DNA of 63,373 bases, counting the filler, from an uncultured bacterium (GTDB lineage Bacteria > DAOPZR01), in assembly GCA_964637655.1 (NCBI GenBank). It is 3 parts of 3 records of this genome, joined end to end, with 100 filler letters (N's around TTAATTAATTAA, not from the genome) between each part and the next. Parts side by side here need not be neighbours in the genome. Positions count along the whole stretch, not along the records: positions 42,899 to 63,373 come from CAZWUZ010000027.1; 2 more parts are not named here. The stretch is one strand, 5' to 3'. The first letter of the stretch is position 1. Each line of letters opens with the position of its first letter. The position numbers and the translations under genes are program-made. The notes under the pieces are model-generated. The model searched no databases. It was not told where the DNA came from and saw nothing but the letters and a program-made list of their open reading frames with translations. Positions 46,698-56,009 of the stretch are shown here, one piece after another.

Positions 46698-48098
46698 TCA
46701 CGTACCCGGCGTATCCGCAGCCCGCAGGCCGTGCTTCTGCAGTTTCTCGCGCAGGGCCAGACGGCTGAGGCCCGCCACTGCGGCCGCATGCGTCAGGTTG
46801 CCGCCATGCTCCCGCATCAGGCACGTGAGGTAGTTGTTTTCAAAACCGTCCACGAGTTCCTGCCGCACCGCCTTGAGCGGGCGCGTGCAGTCGACCGCCG
46901 CCGGCACACCGGGAACCGCGTTGCCCGCCGTCGCCGGGAGCAGCATGCTGCCGTCAATGGTCGCGCCGGCGCACAGCACGAAGGCACGTTCGATGGCGTT
47001 CTGGAGTTCGCGCACATTGCCCGGCCAGTGATGCTGCCGCAGCCGCGCCGGCACATCCGCGGCAAATGTCACCGTACGCTTATAGCGCACGCCGAGGCGT
47101 GCCAGCACCTGTTCCGCCAGCAGCACGACATCGTCGCCGCGCTCGCGCAGCGGCGGCAGGGTCATGGTGATGACGTTGAGCCGGTAGTAAAGGTCCGCGC
47201 GGAACTGCTGCTGTGCCACCGCCTCTTCGAGTGCGCGATTGGTCGCGGCGAGAAAACGCACGTCGCTGCGGATGACGCGCGTGCCGCCGACGCGGCGGAA
47301 CTGCTTCTCCTCGAGCACGCGCAGCAGCCGCGCCTGCAGTTCCAGTCCCATCTCGCCGATCTCGTCGAGCAGTACGCTCCCCCCGTCGGCGCGTTCCAAT
47401 AATCCCTGCTTCTCCGCCACCGCCCCGGTGAACGCCCCCTGCTCGTGCCCGAAGAGGTCGCTTTCGAGCAGCGCCGCGGGGAGCGCCGCGCAATTGAGCG
47501 CGATCAGCGGCAGCCGCGCGCGCGCACTGGCGCGGTGGATAAGCTGCGCCAGCACCTCCTTGCCCGTCCCGCTCTCCCCGCGAATGAGCACCGTCGCGTC
47601 ACTCGCCGCCACGCGCGCGATCTGCGCGCGCACCGCCTGCAGGGCCGGTGCTTCGCCCAGCAGCGCCGCCACCTCGCCCGCCTGCGCGTCGCGGTAGCGG
47701 TAGAGTTCGAGTTGCTGCCGCTCGTCGCGCTGCGCCAGCGCCTGGCGGATGACCAGCAGCAGTTCGCGGTTGATGACCGGCTTGGTCAGGTAGTCGTACG
47801 CCCCCTGACGCATCGCCTCGACCGCCGTCTCGATGGTGGCATAGCCGGTGATCACGATCGGGATCGTCGCCGGCGCGCAGGCCCGCGCCTCGCGGATGAG
47901 GTCGAGCCCGGAGCGTTTCGGCATCTGCAGGTCGGTGACCAGCACGGCGAATTCCCGGGCGTGCAGCAGCGCCAGCGCTTCTTCGCCGTCCGCCGCGGTG
48001 GTCACCGCAAACCCTTCGTCACGCAGGAAGGCGGCGAGCGTATCGCGCAGCAGCCCTTCATCCTCCGCGAGCAGCACCGCCACCGGCTCATTGTTCAT
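46698..48098 (-). CDS. sigma54-dependent response regulator (NtrC/AtoC/PilR family)
   Basis: REC domain (TDLQMP), GESGTGKE, LFGHEQGAFTGA, LDEIGEM, WPGNVREL, Fis-like HTH. Confidence 0.93.
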   Translation of the reverse strand: MNNEPVAVLLAEDEGLLRDTLAAFLRDEGFAVTTAADGEEALALLHAREFAVLVTDLQMPKRSGLDLIREARACAPATIPIVITGYATIETAVEAMRQGAYDYLTKPVINRELLLVIRQALAQRDERQQLELYRYRDAQAGEVAALLGEAPALQAVRAQIARVAASDATVLIRGESGTGKEVLAQLIHRASARARLPLIALNCAALPAALLESDLFGHEQGAFTGAVAEKQGLLERADGGSVLLDEIGEMGLELQARLLRVLEEKQFRRVGGTRVIRSDVRFLAATNRALEEAVAQQQFRADLYYRLNVITMTLPPLRERGDDVVLLAEQVLARLGVRYKRTVTFAADVPARLRQHHWPGNVRELQNAIERAFVLCAGATIDGSMLLPATAGNAVPGVPAAVDCTRPLKAVRQELVDGFENNYLTCLMREHGGNLTHAAAVAGLSRLALREKLQKHGLRAADTPGT

Positions 48099-49690
48099 GT
48101 TGGTGCCTCCGCGCGCGGCAGCGTCACGCGCGCCGTCGTTCCCCCGCCCGCCACCGAGGCGAGGCGCAGCGTGCCACCCCAGTCCACAACAAACTGCCGG
48201 CTCACTGCCAGCCCGAGCCCGGTCCCCGCCTCTTTCGTCGTGTGGAACGGCTCGCCGGCGCGCTCAAGTTGTTCCGCACTCATCCCGCAGCCGTTATCCG
48301 CCACCGTCAGCACCGCCTGCGTGCCGTCCACCACCAGCGCCAGGCGGATCTGCCCGCCCTCCGCCACCGCGTCGAGGGCATTGAGCAGCAGGTTGAGCAG
48401 CACCTGGGTGAAACGGTCGCGCCCCGCCGCCACCGGCAGCCGCTCCGGCACATGCAGGTCGACCGTCACCTGCTGCTTCGCCAGTTGCGGCTGCAGCAGG
48501 GTGAGCGTCTCGCGCGCCGCCGCAGCCGCGTCGCAACTGCCGCCGTTGTCCGCCGCTCCGCTGCTGCCGCGCGCCAGGTGCAGCAATTCGCGGATGATGC
48601 GCGCCGCGCGGTTCGTCTCGTCGATGACCGGCTGCAGTTTCACCGCCGGCACCGGCTCGCCCTTTGCATGCAGGTACTGCACGTAGCTGGAGATGGCGCC
48701 CAGCGGGTTGTTCAGTTCATGGGCCACCCCGGCCGCCATGCGCCCGGTCGCCGCCAGCCGCTGCTGCTGCGCCTGCAGCGTGAGCTGGCGCACGCTCGCG
48801 GTCATGTCGACGATGACCAGCAGCCAGCGCCCCGGCTGTCCCGCCGCGCGGGTCGCCCGCCACTGCAGGAAGCGCTCCGCGCCGTGACGCCGCCAGACCA
48901 CGCGCTCCCGTGCGAATCCGTCGCTGCCGCGCAGCGCCGCGACCAGGTCGGCCGCCGTCTCCGTCCCATGCCCCGCCGCCAGCGCCTCCGGCAGCGGGAA
49001 CAGCGGGTCGTAAAGTGCCGTAAAGACGTCGTTGTTGCGCACCACCTGCAGGTCGCCGTCGAGCACTGCCACCGCCGCGCCGATATGCGCAACGATTTCC
49101 GCGTTGAGGTCGCGCTCCTGCCGCAGGTCGGCGCGCGTCGTCGCCAGCACTGCGCTCCCCTTCCCGGCAAAGAGCGCGGCGAGGTAGAACAGAAAAGTGA
49201 TAAGCGTCAGGACGATGGCAAAGAGCGGCCGGTCGGCATACAGCCAGCGCTCATAGGCAAAATAGGGGATCAGCGGCGGCAGGTGCAGCAGTTTGCCGAG
49301 GTTGAGCGCGGCGAAACACAGCGTGGCCAGCGTCGCCAGCAGGAACGCACCTTCCAGCCCGAACAACACCGCCGCATGCACGATGACGGGCAGATAGAGC
49401 GCCGCAGCAATGCTGCCCAGGCCGCCGGTATAGTTGGCAAGGAACGTGATCAGCATGGTGTCCGCCGCCAGCAGCAGCAGCGCCTGCGCCCGCACAGCGC
49501 GCCCGGGCCGGCCCGCGGCGGCCAGGAGCAGCCAGCCGGCCGCCGCGCAGGCGAGCGCCCGCGTCACCGTCGCATCCTCCGCGGCGAAATGCACCACCAC
49601 GGTGAGGAACATCAGCGCGCAGGCGGCCACCAGCCGCGCCTGCTGCCCGAGCCGCAGCAGCACCGGCAATTCCGCGCGCGCGGTCAGCAT
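48095..49690 (-). CDS. Membrane sensor histidine kinase (PilS-like)
   Basis: Multi-TM N-terminus, PAS-like region, AAGVAHELNNPL, QVLLNLLLNA, DNGCG, PFHTTK..GTGLGL. Confidence 0.9.
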   Translation of the reverse strand: MLTARAELPVLLRLGQQARLVAACALMFLTVVVHFAAEDATVTRALACAAAGWLLLAAAGRPGRAVRAQALLLLAADTMLITFLANYTGGLGSIAAALYLPVIVHAAVLFGLEGAFLLATLATLCFAALNLGKLLHLPPLIPYFAYERWLYADRPLFAIVLTLITFLFYLAALFAGKGSAVLATTRADLRQERDLNAEIVAHIGAAVAVLDGDLQVVRNNDVFTALYDPLFPLPEALAAGHGTETAADLVAALRGSDGFARERVVWRRHGAERFLQWRATRAAGQPGRWLLVIVDMTASVRQLTLQAQQQRLAATGRMAAGVAHELNNPLGAISSYVQYLHAKGEPVPAVKLQPVIDETNRAARIIRELLHLARGSSGAADNGGSCDAAAAARETLTLLQPQLAKQQVTVDLHVPERLPVAAGRDRFTQVLLNLLLNALDAVAEGGQIRLALVVDGTQAVLTVADNGCGMSAEQLERAGEPFHTTKEAGTGLGLAVSRQFVVDWGGTLRLASVAGGGTTARVTLPRAEAPT

Positions 49691-49704
49691 CGACCGCCGC
49701 CGGC

Positions 49705-49744
49705 AAAAAACAGCGGGACGCCGGCGTTTCGTGCCGGCGTCCCG
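49705..49744 (-). terminator. Rho-independent terminator after DUF4139 gene
   Basis: CGGGACGCCGGC 12-bp stem with a T6 tract on the minus strand. Confidence 0.7.
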
Positions 49745-49762
49745 TGACGATGCATCAGGTGA

Positions 49763-51430
49763 TTATTCGAGGCCCTGCACGTTCACGTCCTTCGGCCATG
49801 ACACCGTGTAGCGGAAGGGAATGCGGCGCGTCTCATTCGGCTGCAATGTGACATTCCAGATGACCACGCCGTTGGCGCGGCGCAGGTCGGGGAGCGGGTT
49901 GTCGTCGTCGATTTCCACCGTGATGTCCTCATCCGAGGAGACCGGGACGCGGTCGCTCATGGCCACCTTCACCGCCTGCGCGCGGTTGTTGCGCAGCGTC
50001 AGCACGCAGCTGTAGGTGATGCGCTGCCGGCCGCCGAAGGCGTCCTCGCGCTGCTGGCGGACATCCTCGCGCTCGGCACTGACGCGGCGGTCGGGCCCGA
50101 ACTGCAGCGCCAGCGTGTCACCCGGCGCAATCGCCTGCATGGCGACCTTGCCGACGAAGTTGTCATCCTGGAAAACGGCAGCGGTGCCGGGCAGGAAAAC
50201 CATCTGCCCGTCATAGCGCACCACCGACTGCAGATAGCCGTACTCGCGCAGGCGCGGCACCGCCTTGTAGGTCCAGTCGACCGCGAGCTGCGATTCCCCG
50301 ATGCTGAAACGGTGTTCCTGGTTGTCCGACGGAACCGTGACCTTGCCGGTGATACGGTAGCTGACCGCCATGCCGGTGGTCGATGCCTGCGCCGTCAGCA
50401 GCTGCACCTGCACCCCCTCGTCGTCCGCCTCCGCTTCCCCCGCGAAGATGCCGTCAGCGACATTGGCATCAGCGCGGCTCGCGCGGGCAAGACCAGCCGA
50501 CGGCGCAGGCGAAGGCGGTGCGTACATCGTCGATGCCGGCGGCATCGGCACAAAGCGGCGCAGGAAGAGCGGGGACGGGTCACCCACCGCCGCGCCGAGC
50601 GCCGGCTGCGCGGTGGAGAGCGAAATCTCCGCTGCGGTCCACTCCTCGCCCGTGTGCTGGCGGATGATGGCATCGTACTTGAGCAGCACCTTCCCCGCGT
50701 CGGTCAGCGCACGGATGTCGTAGGTGGCGCCCCACGACGCGCCGCCGATAAGGTACGACAATTCGATGGTCGCGCGCACCGCGCGCTCCGCGCGCACCGG
50801 GATGCGCGCCTGCAGCATCGTCTGCTGCTGCGGGTGCTGCAGTTGCGCCAGTTCGCGCCGCGCCAGCTGCAGCCGCTCCTGCACACCGCGCAGGGCAACC
50901 TGCAGGGCAAGGTGTTCCGTGCGGTTGGCATCGAGTTTGCCGCGCAGCACCGTGGTCGCCGCCTCGATTTCAGCCGCCGTCAGTGCGCGCGTCTGCAGTC
51001 CCTCGCGCAGCTGCGTCGCCTGCCAGTTCATCAGGTTCTTGAGCATTTCCAGTTCGAGCGCGTTATTCTGCTGCTTCGCCTTGACCGCCTGCTGCTCGTC
51101 GTCGAGCGCCTGGATGCGGTTGCGCAACTCCTCGATTTTCGCGTCGGGGACCTCCGCCACCGGCGTGCGCTTGAATTCGAGCGCCGCCAGTGCCAGCCCG
51201 GCCGCAGCGGTGCCGCGCACCTGCGCGGTGCTCACGTCGAGGTTGGCCGGCAGCCCGGCGATGATAATGACCCCGTCGCCGGCAGGCACCTGCACTTCCG
51301 CCCGCCGTGTCACCAGCGCACGGTCGGGATAGACCGTGACCGCACTGATGGCGGATGTTGCGTTGTATTCGCCCGCCGCCCACACCGGCAGCGCGCACAG
51401 CACCAGCAGCAGCATGAGCATGAAGCGCAT
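49763..51430 (-). CDS. DUF4140/DUF4139 (MuiA-annotated) exported protein
   Basis: ISAVTVYPDRALVTR, ELSYLIGGASW...YDIR, QHTGEEW...LSTAQP, DRVPVSSDEDI, YTVSWP; signal peptide. Confidence 0.88.
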   Translation of the reverse strand: MRFMLMLLLVLCALPVWAAGEYNATSAISAVTVYPDRALVTRRAEVQVPAGDGVIIIAGLPANLDVSTAQVRGTAAAGLALAALEFKRTPVAEVPDAKIEELRNRIQALDDEQQAVKAKQQNNALELEMLKNLMNWQATQLREGLQTRALTAAEIEAATTVLRGKLDANRTEHLALQVALRGVQERLQLARRELAQLQHPQQQTMLQARIPVRAERAVRATIELSYLIGGASWGATYDIRALTDAGKVLLKYDAIIRQHTGEEWTAAEISLSTAQPALGAAVGDPSPLFLRRFVPMPPASTMYAPPSPAPSAGLARASRADANVADGIFAGEAEADDEGVQVQLLTAQASTTGMAVSYRITGKVTVPSDNQEHRFSIGESQLAVDWTYKAVPRLREYGYLQSVVRYDGQMVFLPGTAAVFQDDNFVGKVAMQAIAPGDTLALQFGPDRRVSAEREDVRQQREDAFGGRQRITYSCVLTLRNNRAQAVKVAMSDRVPVSSDEDITVEIDDDNPLPDLRRANGVVIWNVTLQPNETRRIPFRYTVSWPKDVNVQGLE

Positions 51431-51552
51431 AGAAAAACCTCCCCTGGGAATGGTAGTCACTGACGGTTGAGACATGCCCGGCACGGCAGAAGTTGCCATG
51501 CGGTGATTGTGAACCTTTTTGCGACTGTCGTCAAGCGCCCGGGCGGCACAAA

Positions 51553-51579
51553 GGCCGGGGAGCATGCACCTCCCCGGCC
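51553..51579 (-). terminator. Hairpin terminator after porin
   Basis: GGCCGGGGAG/CTCCCCGGCC 10-bp stem followed by TTTG. Confidence 0.6.
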
Positions 51580-51592
51580 CGTAAACGTAATC

Positions 51593-52867
51593 TTAGAACT
51601 GCAAGCCAAGCGACAGCGCGAAGATGTCGTCGTCGATATCCTGAGCCGGGTTCTGCCGCACCCGCCCCGCCACGTTGGCGATTTTGTCGTAGTTCTTGAA
51701 ATCCGTATCGAGCCACGAGTATTCCGCCTTGAGGAAGGCGGCGCGGGCAAAGCGGTAGCCCGCGGCGAAGCTGACCTTGCGCTCAGCCGAGAACCCGGCC
51801 AGCTGCTCCGCCTCGATGCTCTTGGGATCGATGACCCCGTAGCGCACGCCGAATTCCCAGTCAGCCAGCCCGGAGTAAATCGCCTTGAGGATGTACTCGT
51901 TGACCCGCGCCTCCTCGACCCCGGACGCGGCAGGCATCACCCCCAGGGCATAGTCGGCGGTGAGCTTGTCATGGCGCGTCGTCGCATATTCAGCCGAAAC
52001 GAGGAACAGTCCGTTATGCTCATAGCCGGCATTGAGGTCGTAGGCCGAGAAGCGCGACCGCGACCCCGTCACCGACGGGTTGGTGTTGGTATAGTCGCCG
52101 GCAAAATAGGAGCCGCCGACATAGGCACCGGTAAAGGGACGGTACTGCAGGTTCAAGCCAAGTTGCTTGGCATCATCGATATCAGGCGACGCCTGCGCCG
52201 CCGCCACCATGCCGCCGCTGTCCGCCACCGTGCTGATGGCCCCGTTGCCGAGGAAGAGATTGTAGGCGAGCAGCCCGCTCAGCACTTCGCCGTAGGCCTG
52301 CACCCCGTTGTCCTGCCGTCCGAGCAGCGCACCATTCGCCTGCTGCGTGTACTCGCTGACGAAGACCTCATCCACGCCAATGCCTGGACGCACCGTGCGG
52401 TCATACCCGAACGGCACCTGCATGCGCCCGGCACGAACGGAGAATTCCCTCATGAACGCAAGGTCGATCCACGCCTCGTTCAGCGCAAGGTTGCCGCCAT
52501 TGAGCACATTGAACTCACCGTAGGCCTTGACCCAGTCATTCACCGGGCAATCAGCCGCCAGCATAAGCCCGTTGCCGTTGGTCGCCTTCGCCTGCACACC
52601 GTTGCCCAGCATGTTGTTGCCGAGCAGAAAGGTCTTTTTCGCCGCACCTGGCGCATTGCCGAAACCTGCGGCAAGAGCATCGCTGGTTCCCACCGCCGGT
52701 CCATCCACCCACGTACCGCCGGCGGCCGTTTGCGCGTTGACCAGCCCTTCCTGCTGCGCCCAGAAAGTGGTCCACATCGCCCCCGAGAGGTTGACTTTGG
52801 CCAGTGCCGGAACACTCAGCACCGCCACCAGCATCATGCATAACCCAATGGCAGCAAACGATTTCAT
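51593..52867 (-). CDS. Outer-membrane porin (OprO/P-like beta-barrel)
   Basis: Signal peptide; LNEAWID...VRAGRMQVPFG, DNGVQAYG, YNLFLGNG; C-terminal LSLGLQF. Confidence 0.8.
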   Translation of the reverse strand: MKSFAAIGLCMMLVAVLSVPALAKVNLSGAMWTTFWAQQEGLVNAQTAAGGTWVDGPAVGTSDALAAGFGNAPGAAKKTFLLGNNMLGNGVQAKATNGNGLMLAADCPVNDWVKAYGEFNVLNGGNLALNEAWIDLAFMREFSVRAGRMQVPFGYDRTVRPGIGVDEVFVSEYTQQANGALLGRQDNGVQAYGEVLSGLLAYNLFLGNGAISTVADSGGMVAAAQASPDIDDAKQLGLNLQYRPFTGAYVGGSYFAGDYTNTNPSVTGSRSRFSAYDLNAGYEHNGLFLVSAEYATTRHDKLTADYALGVMPAASGVEEARVNEYILKAIYSGLADWEFGVRYGVIDPKSIEAEQLAGFSAERKVSFAAGYRFARAAFLKAEYSWLDTDFKNYDKIANVAGRVRQNPAQDIDDDIFALSLGLQF

Positions 52868-52900
52868 ATAACTCTCCATCCGGCGTTTTTGTACCTAATA

Positions 52901-52928
52901 ATTATACCACAATAAGCAGATTAGTCAA
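52901..52928 (-). promoter_or_regulatory. Strong sigma70 promoter for porin
   Basis: TTGACT-N16-TATAAT in an AT-rich patch; the -35 overlaps the nikO stop. Confidence 0.7.
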
Positions 52929-53640
52929 GCGATTCCAGTCCACAGCGTTCCAGCAGTGTCGTATCGGCAAACACCTGTGCCGTCGGCCCGTCTGCCGCCA
53001 CCTGCCCGCTCTCCAGCACCACGGTGCGCGCACAGAGTTCACGCACCAGCGCCAGATCGTGCGTGGCGATGATGCGCGTATGGGTGAACCCCGCGAGCAG
53101 GCGCAGCACCCGCCGCCGCGCGCGCGGGTCGAGGAACGACGTCGGCTCATCGAGCACGAGGATGTCGGGTTGCAGGGCGAGCACCGCGGCAATGGCAGCC
53201 CCGCGCTTTTCCCCCGCCGAAAGGCGGTAGGGGGCGCGCCCGGCAAGATGCTCCTCACCCACCGCCGCCAGTGCCTGTCGCACGCGCGTCTGCACTTCCT
53301 CCTCCGGCAGTTCGAGGTTGCGCGGCCCGAAGGCGACATCCTCACCGACGGTCGGCATGAACAGCTGGTCGTCGGGGTCCTGCAGCACCATGCCGACCGT
53401 GCGCCGCACGGTGGTCAGCGTGGCGGGAGTGACGGGGACATCGCCGACCCGCACCTCACCCGCGTCCGGCAGCAGCCAGCCGTTGAGCAGCTGCAGCAGC
53501 GTCGATTTGCCCGCCCCGTTGGCCCCGACCAGCGCCACCGCCTCGCCGTGGGTGATGCGCAGCGACACATCCTGCAGGGCAGACGGGCCGTCAGGGTAGC
53601 GGTAGGAAACGCCGCGCAATTCGACGAGATGATGGCTCAT
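52921..53640 (-). CDS. nikO: ECF transporter ATPase (NikO/CbiO)
   Basis: GANGAGKST, QDPDDQLF, LSAGEKR, LDEPT, ATHD. Confidence 0.88.
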   Translation of the reverse strand: MSHHLVELRGVSYRYPDGPSALQDVSLRITHGEAVALVGANGAGKSTLLQLLNGWLLPDAGEVRVGDVPVTPATLTTVRRTVGMVLQDPDDQLFMPTVGEDVAFGPRNLELPEEEVQTRVRQALAAVGEEHLAGRAPYRLSAGEKRGAAIAAVLALQPDILVLDEPTSFLDPRARRRVLRLLAGFTHTRIIATHDLALVRELCARTVVLESGQVAADGPTAQVFADTTLLERCGLESLD

Positions 53641-54437
53641 ACCAGCCCCCCCGCACGCAGCAGGGCCGGCCAGTCAGCCAGCCGCAGCAGCAACACGACG
53701 GCCAGCGCCACCAGGGTCGCCGCAGTATCGCGGCGGGTCCAGGATAAATCCCGCATCAGGCGCACGGTGCCGTCGAAGCCGCGACTGCGCATCGCGTAAT
53801 GCACGCGCGCGGCGCGGTCGATGCTGCGCAGCAGCAGTTGTGCCAGCAACGCCGCCGCCGTGCGCAGCGTCAGCGGCCGGCCCGCGCTGCGCAGCGCACA
53901 GGCCCCGCGCAGTTTTGCCAGCTGTTCCATCAGCAGGAAGAGATAGCGGTAGAGCATGAGCAGCTGCACCACGAACACGCGCGGCACGCCCAGCACGGCC
54001 AGCGCGCGCGCCAGCGGATTGATGCCGGTGGTCGCCACCAGCACGGTCGCGGCCGCCACGCAAAGCGCCGCGCGCAGCAGCAGCGCCATGCCCGTCAGCA
54101 TCCCAACGGTCACCGTCAGACCGCCGGGGCGCGCCACCACCGTGCGGTCGAACCAGGCATTGCTCAGCGCCATGAGCAGCACGAACGGCAGCACCCAGAG
54201 GATGCGGGTCAGCAGATAGCGCAGCGGGATGCGCGCCGCGTACGCGACAGCACCCGGGAGCACCGCCAGCGGCAGCAGCGGTCCCACCGCGTCAGCGGGG
54301 AGCGACAGCACGGCGAGGATATACGCCAGTGCCAGCAGCAGTTTGCCGCGCGCGTCGAGCGCATGGATGACGCTCTGCTGCCCCGCGAAACGGTCGAGCC
54401 GCCCCAGTTCCGCCAATGCGGCTGCCGGTGACTGCAT
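53637..54437 (-). CDS. nikQ: ECF transporter T component (NikQ/CbiQ)
   Basis: IHALDARGKL, LYRYLFLL, AMRSRGFDG. Confidence 0.88.
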   Translation of the reverse strand: MQSPAAALAELGRLDRFAGQQSVIHALDARGKLLLALAYILAVLSLPADAVGPLLPLAVLPGAVAYAARIPLRYLLTRILWVLPFVLLMALSNAWFDRTVVARPGGLTVTVGMLTGMALLLRAALCVAAATVLVATTGINPLARALAVLGVPRVFVVQLLMLYRYLFLLMEQLAKLRGACALRSAGRPLTLRTAAALLAQLLLRSIDRAARVHYAMRSRGFDGTVRLMRDLSWTRRDTAATLVALAVVLLLRLADWPALLRAGGLV

Positions 54438-54442
54438 GGGTC

Positions 54443-55447
54443 TTAAGCCGTTGCCGGCGCCTTGCGGCGCAGCAGGTACGCCGCACCGCCGGCGACGAGC
54501 AGCGTCACCAGCGCCCCCAGCAGGCCGGCCACCGTCGTGCCGGGGTCGACTGCAGGCCACGCAGGCACCGCTTCCGCTGCCGCTGCCTCGCCGGCAGGAA
54601 ACGCGTAATCAGGCATCAGCGCTACCCGTTCCTGCGCCATCCCCGCCGCGGCATGCAGCGTGCCGGCGCTGTCGAGTTCTGCTGTGCCGGCAGTGCGCTC
54701 CATCGCCCACTCCAGCCCGTCAGGATGGCCCGAGGCAAACCATGCGACGAGGCCACCGCAGAACATGGCGGCCAGCAGCAGGCCAACCAGCACCGGTCGC
54801 ACCGACCCGGTCAGCGACGCCCCGGTCAGCAGTTCCGGCCGGGCGCGGTAAATCAGCGCCAGCACCGCCGCGGTGGCCAGGCCCTCGACCAGCCCGATGG
54901 CCAGGTGGATGGGCTGCATCAGCAGCAGGAAATGGACGAAGGGGAGCGCGGTAATGCCCGACAGTTTCGTCTGCAGCACCACCCCGAGCGCGCCGAGTTG
55001 CAGCCCGAGCACCACCCCGAGCACCGTCGCCAGTCCGCGCCAGCGCCCCGCCTGTGCCAGCGGGCGCCACAGCAGCGGGTAGATGACGAAGCAGGGCCAG
55101 AACCCCAGGTTGAACAGGTTGCAGCCGTAGGCGAGCAGGCCGCCGTCGGCAAAGAGCAGCGCCTGCACCGCCAGCACCGCCGCCAGCGCAACGAACGCCG
55201 CATGCGGCCCGAGCAGCGCCGCCAGCAGCAGCCCGCCACCGATATGCCCGCTCGACCCCGTCAGCGGGATGGTGAAGTTGAGCATCTGCCCGGCGAAAAC
55301 GAAAGCGCCGGTGACACCCATCAGCGGTACGAGCCGGTCATCCGCCGCCCGCGCGACACGCCGGGCGCTGTGTGCCAGCAGTCCCGCACTGACCGCGGTC
55401 ATCGTCAGCCCGACCGCAGGTGAAACGAGTGCGTCAGCCATGTGCAT
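54443..55447 (-). CDS. nikM: ECF S component NikM fused to PDGLE (NikN) domain
   Basis: N-terminal MHMADA metal-binding motif, FAGQMLNF...GSSGH, PIHLAIGLVEG, HPDGLEW. Confidence 0.9.
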   Translation of the reverse strand: MHMADALVSPAVGLTMTAVSAGLLAHSARRVARAADDRLVPLMGVTGAFVFAGQMLNFTIPLTGSSGHIGGGLLLAALLGPHAAFVALAAVLAVQALLFADGGLLAYGCNLFNLGFWPCFVIYPLLWRPLAQAGRWRGLATVLGVVLGLQLGALGVVLQTKLSGITALPFVHFLLLMQPIHLAIGLVEGLATAAVLALIYRARPELLTGASLTGSVRPVLVGLLLAAMFCGGLVAWFASGHPDGLEWAMERTAGTAELDSAGTLHAAAGMAQERVALMPDYAFPAGEAAAAEAVPAWPAVDPGTTVAGLLGALVTLLVAGGAAYLLRRKAPATA

Positions 55448-55889
55448 GATGCTTCCCTCCGGGTATATGTGTGTGCCGGCGCCGGGCGGGAGCGGCCGCC
55501 ATGGTCAGCACGCTGACCTGCACCGCCTTCACCGACTTGAGTTTCGTCACTAAGCGGCCGATGGCCGTCTCCGTCCCGCGCACCACCACCAGTTCGAGGC
55601 AGTGGTCGTGATCGAGGTGGATATGCTGGGTGGCCACCACGAGATCGCCGAAATCGTGCTGGATGGCCATCAGCCGACGCACCGTGCCGCTGCGGTGATG
55701 GTCGTAGAGCAGCCCGACCGCCCCCGCCACCGTGCCGCCCGCCTGCTGCTCCTGCCGGGTCAGCGCCCCCGTAATCAGCGCCTTGACCGCCTCCGACCGC
55801 GTCGGGTACCCTTCGCGCGCCACCAGGTTATCGAACCGCGCAAAAAGCTGCTCATCCAGCGAGACCGTAAACCGTGCCGTCGTGCCCAT
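55434..55889 (-). CDS. nikR: Nickel-responsive regulator NikR
   Basis: RFTVSL ribbon, [35 protein letters not shown]. Confidence 0.93.
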   Translation of the reverse strand: MGTTARFTVSLDEQLFARFDNLVAREGYPTRSEAVKALITGALTRQEQQAGGTVAGAVGLLYDHHRSGTVRRLMAIQHDFGDLVVATQHIHLDHDHCLELVVVRGTETAIGRLVTKLKSVKAVQVSVLTMAAAPARRRHTHIPGGKHHAHG

Positions 55890-55903
55890 GCGCCCGCCTC
55901 CTC

Positions 55904-55930
55904 GTATTACTTTTTTATTTTTCCTCATAT
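55904..55930. promoter_or_regulatory. NikR operator
   Basis: GTATTA-N15(T-rich)-TCATAT directly upstream of nikR, similar to the GTATGA-N15/16-TCATAC consensus; TTGACA on the minus strand at 55948-55953. Confidence 0.75.
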
Positions 55931-55973
55931 CATGCCCCGTGGGGGGCTGTCAACTGCCCGCAGCACCGGCACG

Positions 55974-56002
55974 TTGACGCTCCCCGCCACAGCAGGTAGA
56001 AT
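55974..56002 (+). promoter_or_regulatory. sigma70 promoter for cysD (probably leaderless)
   Basis: TTGACG-N17-TAGAAT-GCCGCCC-ATG. Confidence 0.7.
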
Positions 56003-56009
56003 GCCGCCC

